From Nitrosococcus oceani ATCC 19707 (GTDB lineage: Bacteria > Pseudomonadota > Gammaproteobacteria > Nitrosococcales > Nitrosococcaceae): DNA of 32,000 nucleotides. The notes under the pieces are model-generated. The model saw only the letters and a list, made by a program, of their open reading frames with translations. It did no database searches and was not told where the DNA came from. Positions 16,956-26,500 of the stretch are shown here, piece after piece. How positions within the stretch are numbered: position 1 is the first letter of the stretch; every line of letters starts with the position of its first letter. Position numbers and translations under genes: made by a program. The DNA is taken from assembly GCF_000012805.1 (NCBI RefSeq), contig NC_007484.1, positions 1,050,001 to 1,082,000 of the forward strand, written 5' to 3'.

Positions 16956-17198
16956 TCAATAAGGACGCCTGAAATGGTGATGGCGACCGAAATGATGCCT
17001 GTGTCGATGATAAAAACGGAAACCATGGCTACTATAACGAGGACGGTAGTAGGAGCCATAGTAGGGACGATAATAATGTCCAGGATAATACCCTAGAGAG
17101 TAGCCCCCTCCATAATAAGCGCATCCAGAAAGGCTCATAGCCACTAATATCAATATTAATGCGAAAAGCAAAATAATTCGTCTTGCTAAAAATCTCAT
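16956..17198 (-). CDS. small lipoprotein with Tyr/Gly/His/Arg-rich low-complexity mature region
   Basis: MRFLARRIILLFALILILVAMSLSGC is a signal peptide plus lipobox (LSGC). The mature 55 aa are CAYYGGGYSLGYYPGHYYRPYYGSYYRPRYSSHGFRFYHRHRHHFGRHHHFRRPY. No clear SD. Confidence 0.55.
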   Translation of the reverse strand: MRFLARRIILLFALILILVAMSLSGCAYYGGGYSLGYYPGHYYRPYYGSYYRPRYSSHGFRFYHRHRHHFGRHHHFRRPY

Positions 17199-17269
17199 CG
17201 CTGCTCATCGCAGGCTCAAACCCGGGAACGGGAAAAGGTCTTGAAGCCGTTAAATATAAAAGCTATAAA

Positions 17270-18072
17270 TATCCGACCCTGAAGGAAGCTTGAGGTTCAC
17301 CAAGCTAATCCTGGCGAGCGTTAGCTTTAATGTTCGAATATCTTCCAGGGCAATCCGCTCATAGCCCGCCGTTAGGCTGTGGCTCAGCTCCATGGGGAGG
17401 GACCACCGTAAGCGTGGGGTGGGGGTGAGTAGCTCGGCGATGGGCCGGGCGTTAAAGGGGCCGGGCATCACCCGAAAAAAAAGTGTTCTACAATCCCAAG
17501 CGCGAGAGCGAGCCGCTCCAACGGCAATGGAGCGCGCATCAAGAGAGCGTCTGCACCTATGCCGCCGAGCAACTGATTTTTCTCGATGAAATGGGGGCGG
17601 TGTTCAACCTGAGCTTAGACTATGCCCCCAAAGGTCAGCGGGTCTATGACGAAAAACCCACCGCTAAGGGAGAACGCATCAGCACCCTCGGGGTGCTTTC
17701 TCTTCAGGGGCTGGTTACAGGGATGCGCTTTGAGGACACCTTAAACGGGTCCGTGTTTCTCTATTTCTTAGAACAGTTCTTGTGCCCGCCGCTGAAGCCG
17801 GGCCAGTGTGTCATTCTCGATAATGCCGCCGCCTATAAAGCTGAGGGGGGCGCTGAACCCATGAGCAAGCTGGCGCTCGACTCCTTTACCTGCCTCCCTA
17901 TTTTCCAGATCTTAACCCCATTAAAATAGCTTGCTCCAAAGTCAAATATTTTCTCCGAAAAGTCCAAGCACGAACTAAAGAGAGCTTATATCTGGCCCTC
18001 GTTCAGATCCTCAACCCTCTCATTCCAGAGCATGCCAAAGTCTATTTCGGACATGTCAGAATACGTGTTTAA
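17270..18072 (+). pseudogene. IS630-family transposase remnant (multiple frameshifts)
   Basis: Pieces read GRALKGPGITRKK (HTH end), then after the A8 at 17475-17482 in the +1 frame VFYNPKRESEPLQRQW...QLIFLDEMGA...YAPKGQRVY...CVILDNAAAYKA. A further frame reads ...NPIKIAWSKVKYFLRK...PEHAKVYFGHV. The DDE region is broken, and the N-terminal part before ~17390 is degenerate. Confidence 0.7.
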
Positions 18073-18073
18073 C

Positions 18074-18625
18074 TTAATCGGGAAATGCTATAGTCGAAGC
18101 GCTTAGGCTTATTGAAGGGTGCCGGGAAGCATGGCCAACTGACTCACCCAATAAAAACTCCAGATGCGAAGATATTCTCGAAATAGAAAGCGGGAGGATA
18201 AAAATGCCAGAGTCGCGCCTAAGGTTGAGGCGAAGGAAACGAAACGATGACGGTACCAACAATTAAACTAAGTAAGGCTCCTCCCTCAATGGTCATCACC
18301 GCAGTACCGGCAACGAGGGGGTAGTCACTAAAACATAAACAACAAAAAATACCGCCACTGAAACTACCGGCGCTCCAGCAATAGTTTGATGGAGGTATTC
18401 TTGATGCGTCTTCAATCTTTCCAGTTCAAGGTACTGAGGCCCCTCAAAATAGAAAAAGGCCCCTATCAGAATCAAAATTAGAAAGATAAAGGTTAGACGC
18501 TTTATCGAAAATATTCCTATTCCTCTATTGCTGTTGCGCTGGAGGATAATTATAGAAAAACTACTCAGAGCCTCAATAGCTGGCTTCATGAGCATACATC
18601 CGCTCTGTAATGGTGATATTGCCAC
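18074..18625 (-). pseudogene. TVP38/TMEM64 (DedA-related) membrane protein gene: frameshifted and 3'-truncated at the IS630 remnant
   Basis: ORF 18296-18625 gives the family N-terminus (...FIFLILILIGAFFYFEGPQYLELERLK...APVVSVAVFFVVYVLVTT). The next frames continue LVAGTAVMTIEGGALLSLIVGTVIVSFASTLGATLAFLSSRFLFREYL, which is the conserved G.A..+..G.LFG...G......+T.GA.LAFL.SR motif. This then ends at the IS remnant boundary near 18073. Confidence 0.6.
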
Positions 18626-18649
18626 GTTGGCAGGAGCATTGTTACAAAC

Positions 18650-19570
18650 CTACTGTAAATGCTGTTGCATTTCATTTAATGCTTGGGCGGCAATATAGCT
18701 AATATTTTTGTCGTTCTCCTGAGTAAGTTCCTTCAAAGCTTCCGTGGCTATTGCCTCGGCAGAGTTAAAATTTACCGCATGTTGCCAAAGCGCCCCGATC
18801 GCTTGAAACCGCTCCTTTGCTGTTAGCGTATCGTTAGCAGCTCTTTCTACTAGCGCGCCGGCTGCGCGGGGATCATCCAGAGCCGCCAATTGGTTGATGG
18901 CTTCCGGATACAAACTTTTATGGGGAGATTGCAAAGCATCGATCGCCCGTTGGAATAGTTTTTCGTTATGTTCTTCTTCTTTTGCTGAGCGAATAGGTGC
19001 GCTTGCCTTCCCTCCTTCTTCATCCTCCATGCCTGTTGGATCTTCCTCCACAAGGGGCTGAAATTCATCCAAAGTTTGGGGTTTCTCTTCGGCGGTGTTA
19101 TTGGTATTGGAGAAGGGATCTAGAGCAGACTGTTTAAATGTTGCGGTACCTAACAGAGGTCCAGCGTGGGTTAGTGTTGGTGAAGTTGACAAAAGGAGAA
19201 TAATATTATGCTCCGCTGTATGGTGCAGGGCATAGGAAAATCCCCTGAGCATTTGTTTAAGGGCTTCTACCAGAGGAGCCTCGGCTATATTTGCCGATAC
19301 GGGATAATCCGCCAGTTCCGGATCGTTGAAATGGCTTTGCAGTCCCGTTTTAGCCTTAAACTCACGCAAAACCTTAGCCAGGGGAACGTTGTAAATTTCG
19401 GCGCTCAATAAGCCTTTTTTATACCGAACAGTTAGTTTGGGATGGGTAATGTCCTGTTTTTTGGTATGGGGAGTAACGGTTGCTGGAGGGCTGGCGGCGT
19501 GAGAGCTCGCTAAAAACAACACGAGGACAGGTAACCCGATGATAAGTACCATTGCTAGGCGAGCATTCAT
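18650..19570 (-). CDS. secreted/periplasmic hypothetical protein: STN-like N-domain, acidic linker, HEAT-like C-terminal repeats
   Basis: The signal peptide is MNARLAMVLIIGLPVLVLFLASSHAAS. LSAEIYNVPLAKVLREFKAKTGLQSHF...ANIAEAPLVEALKQMLRGFSY resembles the secretin/TonB short N-terminal (STN) pattern. An acidic stretch EEDPTGMEDEEGG follows. AINQLAALDDPRAAGALVERAAND...AIGALWQ resembles PBS-lyase/HEAT-like repeats. Confidence 0.7.
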   Translation of the reverse strand: MNARLAMVLIIGLPVLVLFLASSHAASPPATVTPHTKKQDITHPKLTVRYKKGLLSAEIYNVPLAKVLREFKAKTGLQSHFNDPELADYPVSANIAEAPLVEALKQMLRGFSYALHHTAEHNIILLLSTSPTLTHAGPLLGTATFKQSALDPFSNTNNTAEEKPQTLDEFQPLVEEDPTGMEDEEGGKASAPIRSAKEEEHNEKLFQRAIDALQSPHKSLYPEAINQLAALDDPRAAGALVERAANDTLTAKERFQAIGALWQHAVNFNSAEAIATEALKELTQENDKNISYIAAQALNEMQQHLQ

Positions 19571-19647
19571 AATATTTTCTTCTTTGATGATAGAGAATAA
19601 AGGATGGACATCCCTCCTCGTGGTGCAGGAGGGATGCCAAGCTGCCC

Positions 19648-20214
19648 TTATTGGGCAGGGTTTTCAATGACGGGAGGTACAGGTATAGGCGGTAGAATGA
19701 TAAATCCAAGCCGTTTCTTAAAGCAATTAATGGTCATCGACGCATCATCCACTACGGCGCTTCCATTCCCATTCGATCTTCTAGCCCGCCAACGGAAAGT
19801 ATGCACGCCAGCCGGGACGGTGAAAAAAGCAGTACTGCCAATTTCGATCACATTAGGATCATCGACGCCAGGGTTGTTGTTGAGTTCAACTGTACGTGTG
19901 ACTCCGGCTGCTGGAACCGCGCCATCAAGGCTGAGGCCAAAGGTGTATTGATGGTTGCCAGTGTTGCCACTGACATGCCTTGCATCCGCACTGCCAACGA
20001 CAGTGCAGTAATGAGTATGGTTTGACAAAAGAACGGGAATGCTTAAGATATTTCGCCAACTGCCATTGTTAAGGGTGACGTTGCTAGTCCTTGAGGAGCC
20101 CGTTGCGCCACTATGGGCAAATGCTGGCTGAGAGGCAAAAGCCAGCAAGAGCGGGAATAGTGCGAGCAGCAGCGGGTAATTTTTTGTAACCTTTGTTAGA
20201 TGGTAAGTATTCAT
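19648..20214 (-). CDS. secreted hypothetical protein (188 aa), beta-rich, no recognisable family
   Basis: The start is taken at the ATG (rc of 20212-20214), which has GAGGA 9 nt upstream. The signal peptide is MNTYHLTKVTKNYPLLLALFPLLLAFASQPAFA|HS. The mature part is rich in N, G, T and V, with two Cys (HYCTVVG, TINCFKK). Confidence 0.65.
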   Translation of the reverse strand: MNTYHLTKVTKNYPLLLALFPLLLAFASQPAFAHSGATGSSRTSNVTLNNGSWRNILSIPVLLSNHTHYCTVVGSADARHVSGNTGNHQYTFGLSLDGAVPAAGVTRTVELNNNPGVDDPNVIEIGSTAFFTVPAGVHTFRWRARRSNGNGSAVVDDASMTINCFKKRLGFIILPPIPVPPVIENPAQ

Positions 20215-20632
20215 GAGTGGCATCCTCGTAGTAGTCAAGTGACTATCCAGAAGTTTCAGTCAATCCTGGGACCTTGATATGAGGATATGTCTCCAGAAAA
20301 ATGCTTACCAGGAAGTTTGATACCGGAATTTTGTTAAATTAATTACAAGCGAGTTATTAACAGTACCAGCGCTTGAGTGCGTTGGAATTTATCTTGGGTA
20401 TTAGAGAATTTAAGAAGCGGGATTGCTTATCTCCAGCAGATAATCCAAAGACCGCAGCTTTATCGGTTAGGTTGGAAAAATTAAGACCAGCAATACCGTA
20501 TGGGCCGGCAGGAGACACCGGAAGAGGATATGGTTACTGGGGTTAATATATGGGAAGGGAAGGGGTGGAGATAGGAGCTATATGGCTATTCGTCTTCCAG
20601 GCAGGCACCGCCAAGACAGTAGCCCCAGGGGG

Positions 20633-21214
20633 TTATCCTTTGACTAATCCGGCGAAACCCATAAAGGCCATGGACATTAACCCGGCGGTAATCAGCCCGA
20701 TGGCGGGACCCTGAAAAGGTTGGGGCACTTCTGCTGCCGCAATCCGTTCACGCAGGGCGGCAAATAAGATCAATACCAGGGAGAAGCCAACAGCGGCGCC
20801 GAAGCCATAGAGCGCCGAGGATAGGAAGCCATGTTGGTGCTGAATATTTAGCAGGGCCACTCCCAGTACCGCGCAGTTAGTGGTGATCAGTGGTAAAAAA
20901 ATTCCTAATACCTGATACAAAAGCGGACTGGTTTTATGGACCACCATTTCCGTAAATTGCACCACAAAAGCGATGGCCAGGATAAAGGCGATGGTCCGCA
21001 GGTATTCGATTCCCAAGGGCGTCAATAGGTATTCATTAATTAAATAGCTGCACACTGAGGATAGGGTAAGTACAAAAGTTGTCGCCAGTCCCATACCTAT
21101 TGCAGTTTCCAGCTTTCGGGAGACTCCCATAAAGGGACAGAGTCCTAGAAATTTCACGAGCACAAAATTGTTGACCAGCACCGTGCTGACTAAAATAAGG
21201 GCATATTCGCTCAT
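20633..21214 (-). CDS. rnfA: Rnf/Rsx electron-transport complex subunit A
   Basis: [53 protein letters not shown] is the highly conserved RnfA/RsxA N-terminus. It is 193 aa with six TM segments and starts 14 nt after the metG stop. Confidence 0.9.
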   Translation of the reverse strand: MSEYALILVSTVLVNNFVLVKFLGLCPFMGVSRKLETAIGMGLATTFVLTLSSVCSYLINEYLLTPLGIEYLRTIAFILAIAFVVQFTEMVVHKTSPLLYQVLGIFLPLITTNCAVLGVALLNIQHQHGFLSSALYGFGAAVGFSLVLILFAALRERIAAAEVPQPFQGPAIGLITAGLMSMAFMGFAGLVKG

Positions 21215-21228
21215 GGGGAAACCTATGC

Positions 21229-23253
21229 TTATTTGACCCGCATTCCGGGTCGGGCTCCTTCGTCTGGGTTAAGCAGATAAATTTCCTTACCGCCTGGACC
21301 CGCTGCCAGCACCATGCCTTCAGAGATTCCAAAGCGCATTTTTCGGGGGGCTAAATTGGCAACCATCACCGTGAGGCGGCCAACCAAACTTTCGGGTGCA
21401 TAAGCGGCTTTGATCCCGGCAAAGACCTGGCGCGTCTCGCCATCTAAATCCAGTTCCAGGCGCAGAAGTTTGTCGGCTCCTTCCACTTGTTCCGCCTTCA
21501 GGATGCGAGCGATTCGTAAGTCGAGCTTGGCAAAACTCTCAAACTGAATGGTTTCGGCAATAGGATGTTCAGCCAAGAGAGCGGTTGGTTTAACCGCATT
21601 CGTATTTTGTTGCAGATGTTCTTTGGAGTCTTCAATCATGGCTTCTATCTTTATTTTTTCAGCACGGATCATCAAGGGTTCAAAACGATTAATAGTATGG
21701 TTAAGCAAGGGCGTATCGACATCGGACCAGGTCAGGGACTGGCTATTGAAGAATGCCTCGGCTTTTTCTGTTGTCATCGGCAAGACTGGCTTGAGGTAAA
21801 TCATTAATTGCCGGAAGAGATTGAGCCCAAGGGTGCATACTTCCTGGACTTCCTGTTTTCGTTCTGGATCTTTAATTGCCACCCAGGGTTGCTGTTCATC
21901 AATATAGCGGTTAGCTTGATCCGCAAGGGCCATGATTTCACGCATAGCGTGGCCGAATTCCCGGGCTTCGTAGTGTTGGGCAAGGTGTTCGCTGGCAGCG
22001 ACAAATTTTTGAAATAGCGATTTCTCTACCAATCGATCCGCAAGACGATTTTGAAAATGCTTGTTTATAAAACCCGCGCAGCGACTGGCGATATTGATCA
22101 CTTTACCAACTAGATCAGCATTGACCCGAGACATAAAATCATCGAAATTCAGGTCTAGATCCTCAATGCCGCTGCCTAACTTGGCGGCAAAATAATAACG
22201 CAGGTACTCTGGATTTAAATGTTTGAGGTAGGTGCGGGCCTTGATAAAAGTTCCCCGGGATTTAGACATTTTTTGGCCATTGACGGTTAAAAAGCCGTGG
22301 GCAAAAATGGCCGTGGGTAAACGGAAGCCGGCACCGTGGAGCATGGCGGGCCAAAACAGTGCGTGGAAATAGAGAATATCTTTGCCAATAAAATGATAAA
22401 GCTCGGCGGTGCTATGGGGGGTCATGAACGAATCAAAATCAAGTCCTTCACGATCACAAAGATGCTTGAAACTGGCCAGATAGCCAATGGGCGCGTCGAG
22501 CCAAACATAAAAATATTTATCGGTGCTCTCCGGGATGGGGAAACCAAAGTAGGGAGCATCCCGGGAGATATCCCAGTCCTGCAACCCTGCCTCAAACCAC
22601 TCATTTAATTTATTGGCCATTTCTGGCTGAAGGTGGCCCCCTTGGGTCCATCTCTTCAATAGAGGTTCAAAGTCGTTAAGCTTGAAAAAATAATGTTCAG
22701 ATTCCCGCTCTATTGGCGGTGTTCCGGAGAGCACCGAAATCGCTTCTTTCAATTCAGTGGGGCTGTAGGTTGCTCCGCAGACTTCACAGTTATCACCGTA
22801 TTGATCGAGGGCATCGCAGCGGGGGCAGGTGCCGCGAATAAAGCGGTCTGGTAGGAACATCCCCTTGACGGGATCATAGGCTTGTCGAACGATGCGGGTA
22901 GTAATGTGTCCCTTGTCTCGGTTACGAAGGTAAATAGTTTCCGAGAGGGTGCGGTTTTCTGCTGAATGGGTGCTGTGGTAGCTATCAAAGCTGATGGCAA
23001 AATCGGCAAAATCGGCCTGATGTTCCTGGCTGCATTGGTCAATCAAGGTTTCGGGAGTGACCCCCTCTTGTTGGGCCCGTAGCATAATAGGCGTGCCATG
23101 AGCATCATCTGCACAGACGTAATAGCATTCATGGCCGCGCATACGTTGAAAGCGGACCCAGATGTCGGTTTGGATATACTCTACCAAGTGGCCAAGATGG
23201 ATAGGGCCATTGGCGTAAGGGAGGGCGCTGGTAACAAGAATCCTACGCGGCAT
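21229..23253 (-). CDS. metG: methionine--tRNA ligase
   Basis: 674 aa. It has [18 protein letters not shown] (HIGH motif), the zinc knuckles [25 protein letters not shown] (KMSKS motif) and a C-terminal Trbp111/EMAP-like tRNA-binding domain ([20 protein letters not shown]...[21 protein letters not shown]). Confidence 0.95.
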   Translation of the reverse strand: MPRRILVTSALPYANGPIHLGHLVEYIQTDIWVRFQRMRGHECYYVCADDAHGTPIMLRAQQEGVTPETLIDQCSQEHQADFADFAISFDSYHSTHSAENRTLSETIYLRNRDKGHITTRIVRQAYDPVKGMFLPDRFIRGTCPRCDALDQYGDNCEVCGATYSPTELKEAISVLSGTPPIERESEHYFFKLNDFEPLLKRWTQGGHLQPEMANKLNEWFEAGLQDWDISRDAPYFGFPIPESTDKYFYVWLDAPIGYLASFKHLCDREGLDFDSFMTPHSTAELYHFIGKDILYFHALFWPAMLHGAGFRLPTAIFAHGFLTVNGQKMSKSRGTFIKARTYLKHLNPEYLRYYFAAKLGSGIEDLDLNFDDFMSRVNADLVGKVINIASRCAGFINKHFQNRLADRLVEKSLFQKFVAASEHLAQHYEAREFGHAMREIMALADQANRYIDEQQPWVAIKDPERKQEVQEVCTLGLNLFRQLMIYLKPVLPMTTEKAEAFFNSQSLTWSDVDTPLLNHTINRFEPLMIRAEKIKIEAMIEDSKEHLQQNTNAVKPTALLAEHPIAETIQFESFAKLDLRIARILKAEQVEGADKLLRLELDLDGETRQVFAGIKAAYAPESLVGRLTVMVANLAPRKMRFGISEGMVLAAGPGGKEIYLLNPDEGARPGMRVK

Positions 23254-23418
23254 ATAAATTTAGTGGGAGTTGAAAACCTTATAAGATACCAAATTTACTC
23301 TATGCTAGCATCCTGATGGATGTGACGGCTAAGGAATACTGTAGTAAAATACTCAGGAATACGTTTGTATCCCATTTTCCTAGCTAGGAATCTCCCACAA
23401 AAATGCCTTTGGAGATTA

Positions 23419-24516
23419 ATGAATATTGCCATGGTTACCCAAACTCAAATTGAAGAGGCTCTGAAGAGCTATCATGACCCCTACCTAGAGCAGGATTTAC
23501 TCTCTGCCAAGGCGGTGGATTCCATTGCCGTGGATGGGGATAAGGTCAACGTGAAGATCAAGCTGGGGTTTCCCGCCAAAGGTTATATCCCAAAACTGGC
23601 GGCGGCTATTGAAAAAGCAACGGCCTCTCTGGAGGGAGTCACTCATACCCAGGTGGAGACTAGCTGGGAAGTCGTTACCCATAAAGTCCAACAGGGGGTC
23701 AAACCCTATCCGGAGATTAAAAATATTATTGCGGTGGCTTCGGGTAAGGGGGGCGTGGGTAAATCCACAACGGCTGTTAATCTAGCTTTGGCCTTGGCAG
23801 CTGAAGGCGCCACGGTGGGGATGCTGGATGCTGATATCTATGGTCCTAGTCAGCCCCGCATGTTAGGTGTCCAGCAACGGCCCGAATCCCGGGATGGCAA
23901 ATCAATCGAACCGGTGATGAGCTATGGGATTCAGACCATGTCGATCGGGTTTCTCATCGACGAGGAAGAACCCATGATTTGGCGGGGACCCATGGTGACT
24001 TCGGCCCTGCAACAGCTGTTAGGGGATACTAGCTGGCGGAATTTGGATTATTTAGTAGTGGATTTACCGCCAGGAACCGGAGATATCCAGCTTACTTTAG
24101 CTCAGCGAGTGCCCGTCAGTGGTGCCGTAATTGTAACCACGCCCCAAGATATTGCCCTCTTGGATGCCCGTAAGGGGCTTAGGATGTTTGAGAAGGTCAA
24201 GGTTCCGGTACTGGGGATTGTGGAAAATATGAGCATCCATATTTGTAGCCAGTGCGGGCAGGAAGAGCCAATTTTTGGTGAAGGGGGAGGAGAGCGTATG
24301 GCCGCCCAGTACAGCGTCGCTCTTTTAGGGCAGCTTCCTCTCGATAAACGTATCAGGGAAGATGCGGATAGTGGTCATCCCAGCGTTGCTACTGATCCGG
24401 AAGGGCGGATTGCTCAGATCTATCGGGATATTGCTCGCCATATCGCAGCCAAACTCTCTTTGCAAGCAAAAGCCCAGAATACTCAATTTCCTAACATTGT
24501 GGTTGAAGATAGCTGA
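23419..24516 (+). CDS. apbC: iron-sulfur cluster carrier ATPase ApbC/Mrp
   Basis: IIAVASGKGGVGKSTTAVNLALALA (deviant Walker A), LDYLVVDLPPGTGD and ENMSIHICSQCGQEEPIFG (CxxC cluster ligands), with an N-terminal MIP18/DUF59-like domain. It is divergent from metG, as in E. coli. The start is taken at MNIAMVTQ (23419); the track start at 23365 adds an unlikely leader. Confidence 0.9.
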   Translation: MNIAMVTQTQIEEALKSYHDPYLEQDLLSAKAVDSIAVDGDKVNVKIKLGFPAKGYIPKLAAAIEKATASLEGVTHTQVETSWEVVTHKVQQGVKPYPEIKNIIAVASGKGGVGKSTTAVNLALALAAEGATVGMLDADIYGPSQPRMLGVQQRPESRDGKSIEPVMSYGIQTMSIGFLIDEEEPMIWRGPMVTSALQQLLGDTSWRNLDYLVVDLPPGTGDIQLTLAQRVPVSGAVIVTTPQDIALLDARKGLRMFEKVKVPVLGIVENMSIHICSQCGQEEPIFGEGGGERMAAQYSVALLGQLPLDKRIREDADSGHPSVATDPEGRIAQIYRDIARHIAAKLSLQAKAQNTQFPNIVVEDS

Positions 24517-25131
24517 GCAGGAGTAGAACACGGCTTTGGCATCCTATCTAACCTTTTCTAGGGTGATACCGCGGAAAGAATATTTTCTATATTCGGTCTG
24601 CTTATTACTCAGACGTATTACGTTCACGCTACCCTTTCCGATAAATCTCATCCACTACCGTTCGATGTCATAGCGTTATTAATCCCTCTTTTTAAGCTTT
24701 ATCACGGCTCCAGCCCCACACATGCATTGCCTGGCGGCTTACCTTTTCAGGCTTGCGAGCCCTACATCCCCTGCAGCGCCCTATTCGCACCAGGGCGGCG
24801 GGGGTCCTGCCCATAGGGGCCTGGATACTTAAACTTCCTCTCCCGGCAGAAGGGAGCTTACCTAAGCGGCTGGTGGCCCCCCTCTTTGGGCTATTTCTCC
24901 TCCCCTTATCTCATTCAAGCCACCCCTTCTCCGAACTATGTGTAGAGAAGTTTACAGGGGGGGTATTCTTCTAAGCGTTTGAAGGGTGGGATATTTAGGG
25001 TATTTTTTAGCCGAGGAGGGGAGAAGTGTTACATAGCTGAAACAAGGAAGGGAGAGGGGGAGGGTGTTGGCGGCGTGTTCCCGGGGGATGGGGGCAAGCT
25101 ATTGTGTGATATGTCAGCGACTTAGCGCCTT

Positions 25132-25147
25132 TGGCATGAACTTAGCA
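25132..25147 (+). promoter_or_regulatory. candidate sigma-54 (-24/-12) promoter
   Basis: TGGCATgaactTAGCA fits TGGCAC-N5-TTGCW with exact GG-N10-GC spacing. It lies ~150 nt upstream of the ATG at 25297, on the same strand. No enhancer-binding protein gene is present in the window. Confidence 0.3.
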
Positions 25148-25296
25148 GAGGGTAGGTCAGACAGGGGATGTCAAGGAGAGCGCCATGGGATACCCGGTAA
25201 CAAGACGCCTATGAAAATGAGGGCGTGGCCAGGGTCCACAGAGCGCAGGGAGGCGCGCCTACAAGATGATACTGAATGCTAAAGGAGCACACATTG

Positions 25297-26445
25297 ATGA
25301 AACACACCACAGTAATGATGAGCGCGGTTGTGGCCGCCTCCCTGTTAAGCACCTCCGCCCTGGCCCTGGACCGGGCCAACACCTCCGAGAAAGGCAGCTT
25401 ATTGGTTTTCCCGAATGTGGATGTGAGCGGGGATAGGAATACCATTATTCGCCTCCAGAATGATTACTCCGACTCGGTGAGCCTGAAGTGCTACTGGAAG
25501 AACGGGACCAAGTTTTTCACCGACTTTCAAATTGAGCTGACCAAGTTCCAACCCATCTGGATAAGCGCCCGGGATGGTGAGGGGACCTACAGCGTCCCCC
25601 CCTTCCCCACCTCCGCCAACCAGGACTACCTGGATAAGATAGGCCACAGTGGCGGTCCATATGCCACCCCCAGCCGGGTGACGTTGCCCGAGCATGCCCG
25701 GACCGCAGGTGAGCTGCAATGCTGGGCGGTGGATGGCGGGGGTGCCAGTGAAATTCGCTGGAACCATCTGGCCGGCTCTGCCACGGTGGTGGACGCCTCC
25801 CAAGGGACGGCCTATCAATACAACGCCTGGGGTTTTCGCTGCCTGGTCGGGGGCAATGGGGATGCGTGCGTGGTGGCCGATGCGGGTCAACTGGACCTCA
25901 ATGGCAACGAATACGAAGCCTGCCCGAAGAAGCTCATCGGCCATTTCAGCCCCGCCGAGACCGCTCTTGGGGGCATGCAGGTGCATCGCAATGAGCTGAC
26001 CCTGGCCTCCTGTAATCAGGACCTGACCCAGGACCAGCAGTTCCACTTCACCAAGCTGAAGTTTAATGTCTGGAACGAGCAGGAAGCCAAATACACGGGG
26101 GCCTATCAGTGCATGGACAGCTGGCATCAGGGGCTGCTCGATGGGGTGCAGAACAATGGCCGTAACTTCACCGCCTCGAGCCTCAAGACCGATGTGGCCC
26201 GCTTTAAGGTAAGGGGGATGAAGAGCAGCGTCTGTGAGCGTGCTGATAACCGCAAAACCTTCGCCATTGATGAGAGCATTGTGACCGAAGAGGCCGGGCT
26301 GCTCGGGGTCATGGCCACCACCTACGGGTTGGGGGAAAGTGATGGCCTCGCCGAGGCGGGCACTACCCTGCACATGCTCGGTCAGCGTGATGGCTTTATC
26401 GCCTACGACCCTCAAGAGGTCATTGAGGAGCGTCCCGCTCGCTAG
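25297..26445 (+). CDS. secreted hypothetical protein (382 aa), 8 Cys in the mature part, no recognisable family; GC-rich foreign composition
   Basis: AAAGGAG (25281-25287) lies 9 nt before the ATG at 25297. The signal peptide is MKHTTVMMSAVVAASLLSTSALA|LD. Codon third positions are strongly G/C (CTG, GCC, ACC, GAC), unlike the neighbours. A strong terminator follows. The 338-aa antisense ORF is a GC shadow. Confidence 0.7.
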   Translation: MKHTTVMMSAVVAASLLSTSALALDRANTSEKGSLLVFPNVDVSGDRNTIIRLQNDYSDSVSLKCYWKNGTKFFTDFQIELTKFQPIWISARDGEGTYSVPPFPTSANQDYLDKIGHSGGPYATPSRVTLPEHARTAGELQCWAVDGGGASEIRWNHLAGSATVVDASQGTAYQYNAWGFRCLVGGNGDACVVADAGQLDLNGNEYEACPKKLIGHFSPAETALGGMQVHRNELTLASCNQDLTQDQQFHFTKLKFNVWNEQEAKYTGAYQCMDSWHQGLLDGVQNNGRNFTASSLKTDVARFKVRGMKSSVCERADNRKTFAIDESIVTEEAGLLGVMATTYGLGESDGLAEAGTTLHMLGQRDGFIAYDPQEVIEERPAR

Positions 26446-26500
26446 GGCAAGTGCTCTATTAAAATAAGATCAACACCAACAAAGAACACACCCTTTAGCA

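Noticed and set aside
16863-17096. 77-aa + strand ORF opposite the Tyr/Gly/His lipoprotein ORF
   Set aside because: It starts inside the 3' end of the oxidoreductase gene and has no signal or SD. The minus-strand frame gives a textbook signal peptide plus lipobox, so that strand is preferred.
20239-20632. Possible rnfB remnant or small gene in the gap after rnfA
   Set aside because: Three-frame reading of the minus strand shows no RnfB motifs. The longest open stretch (…GPYGIAGLNFSNLTDKAAVFGLSAGDKQSRF…) has no start codon and no recognisable family.
21548-23316. Several 60-97-aa ORFs on both strands within metG
   Set aside because: They are internal to or antisense to the 674-aa MetRS frame, which carries the HIGH and KMSKS motifs.
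25399-26415. 338-aa ORF on the minus strand, fully inside the 25297-26445 gene
   Set aside because: This is a typical antisense shadow ORF in GC-rich coding DNA. The product is Gly/Pro/Ala/Leu-rich with no signal or start context. The + strand frame has an SD, a signal peptide and a terminator.
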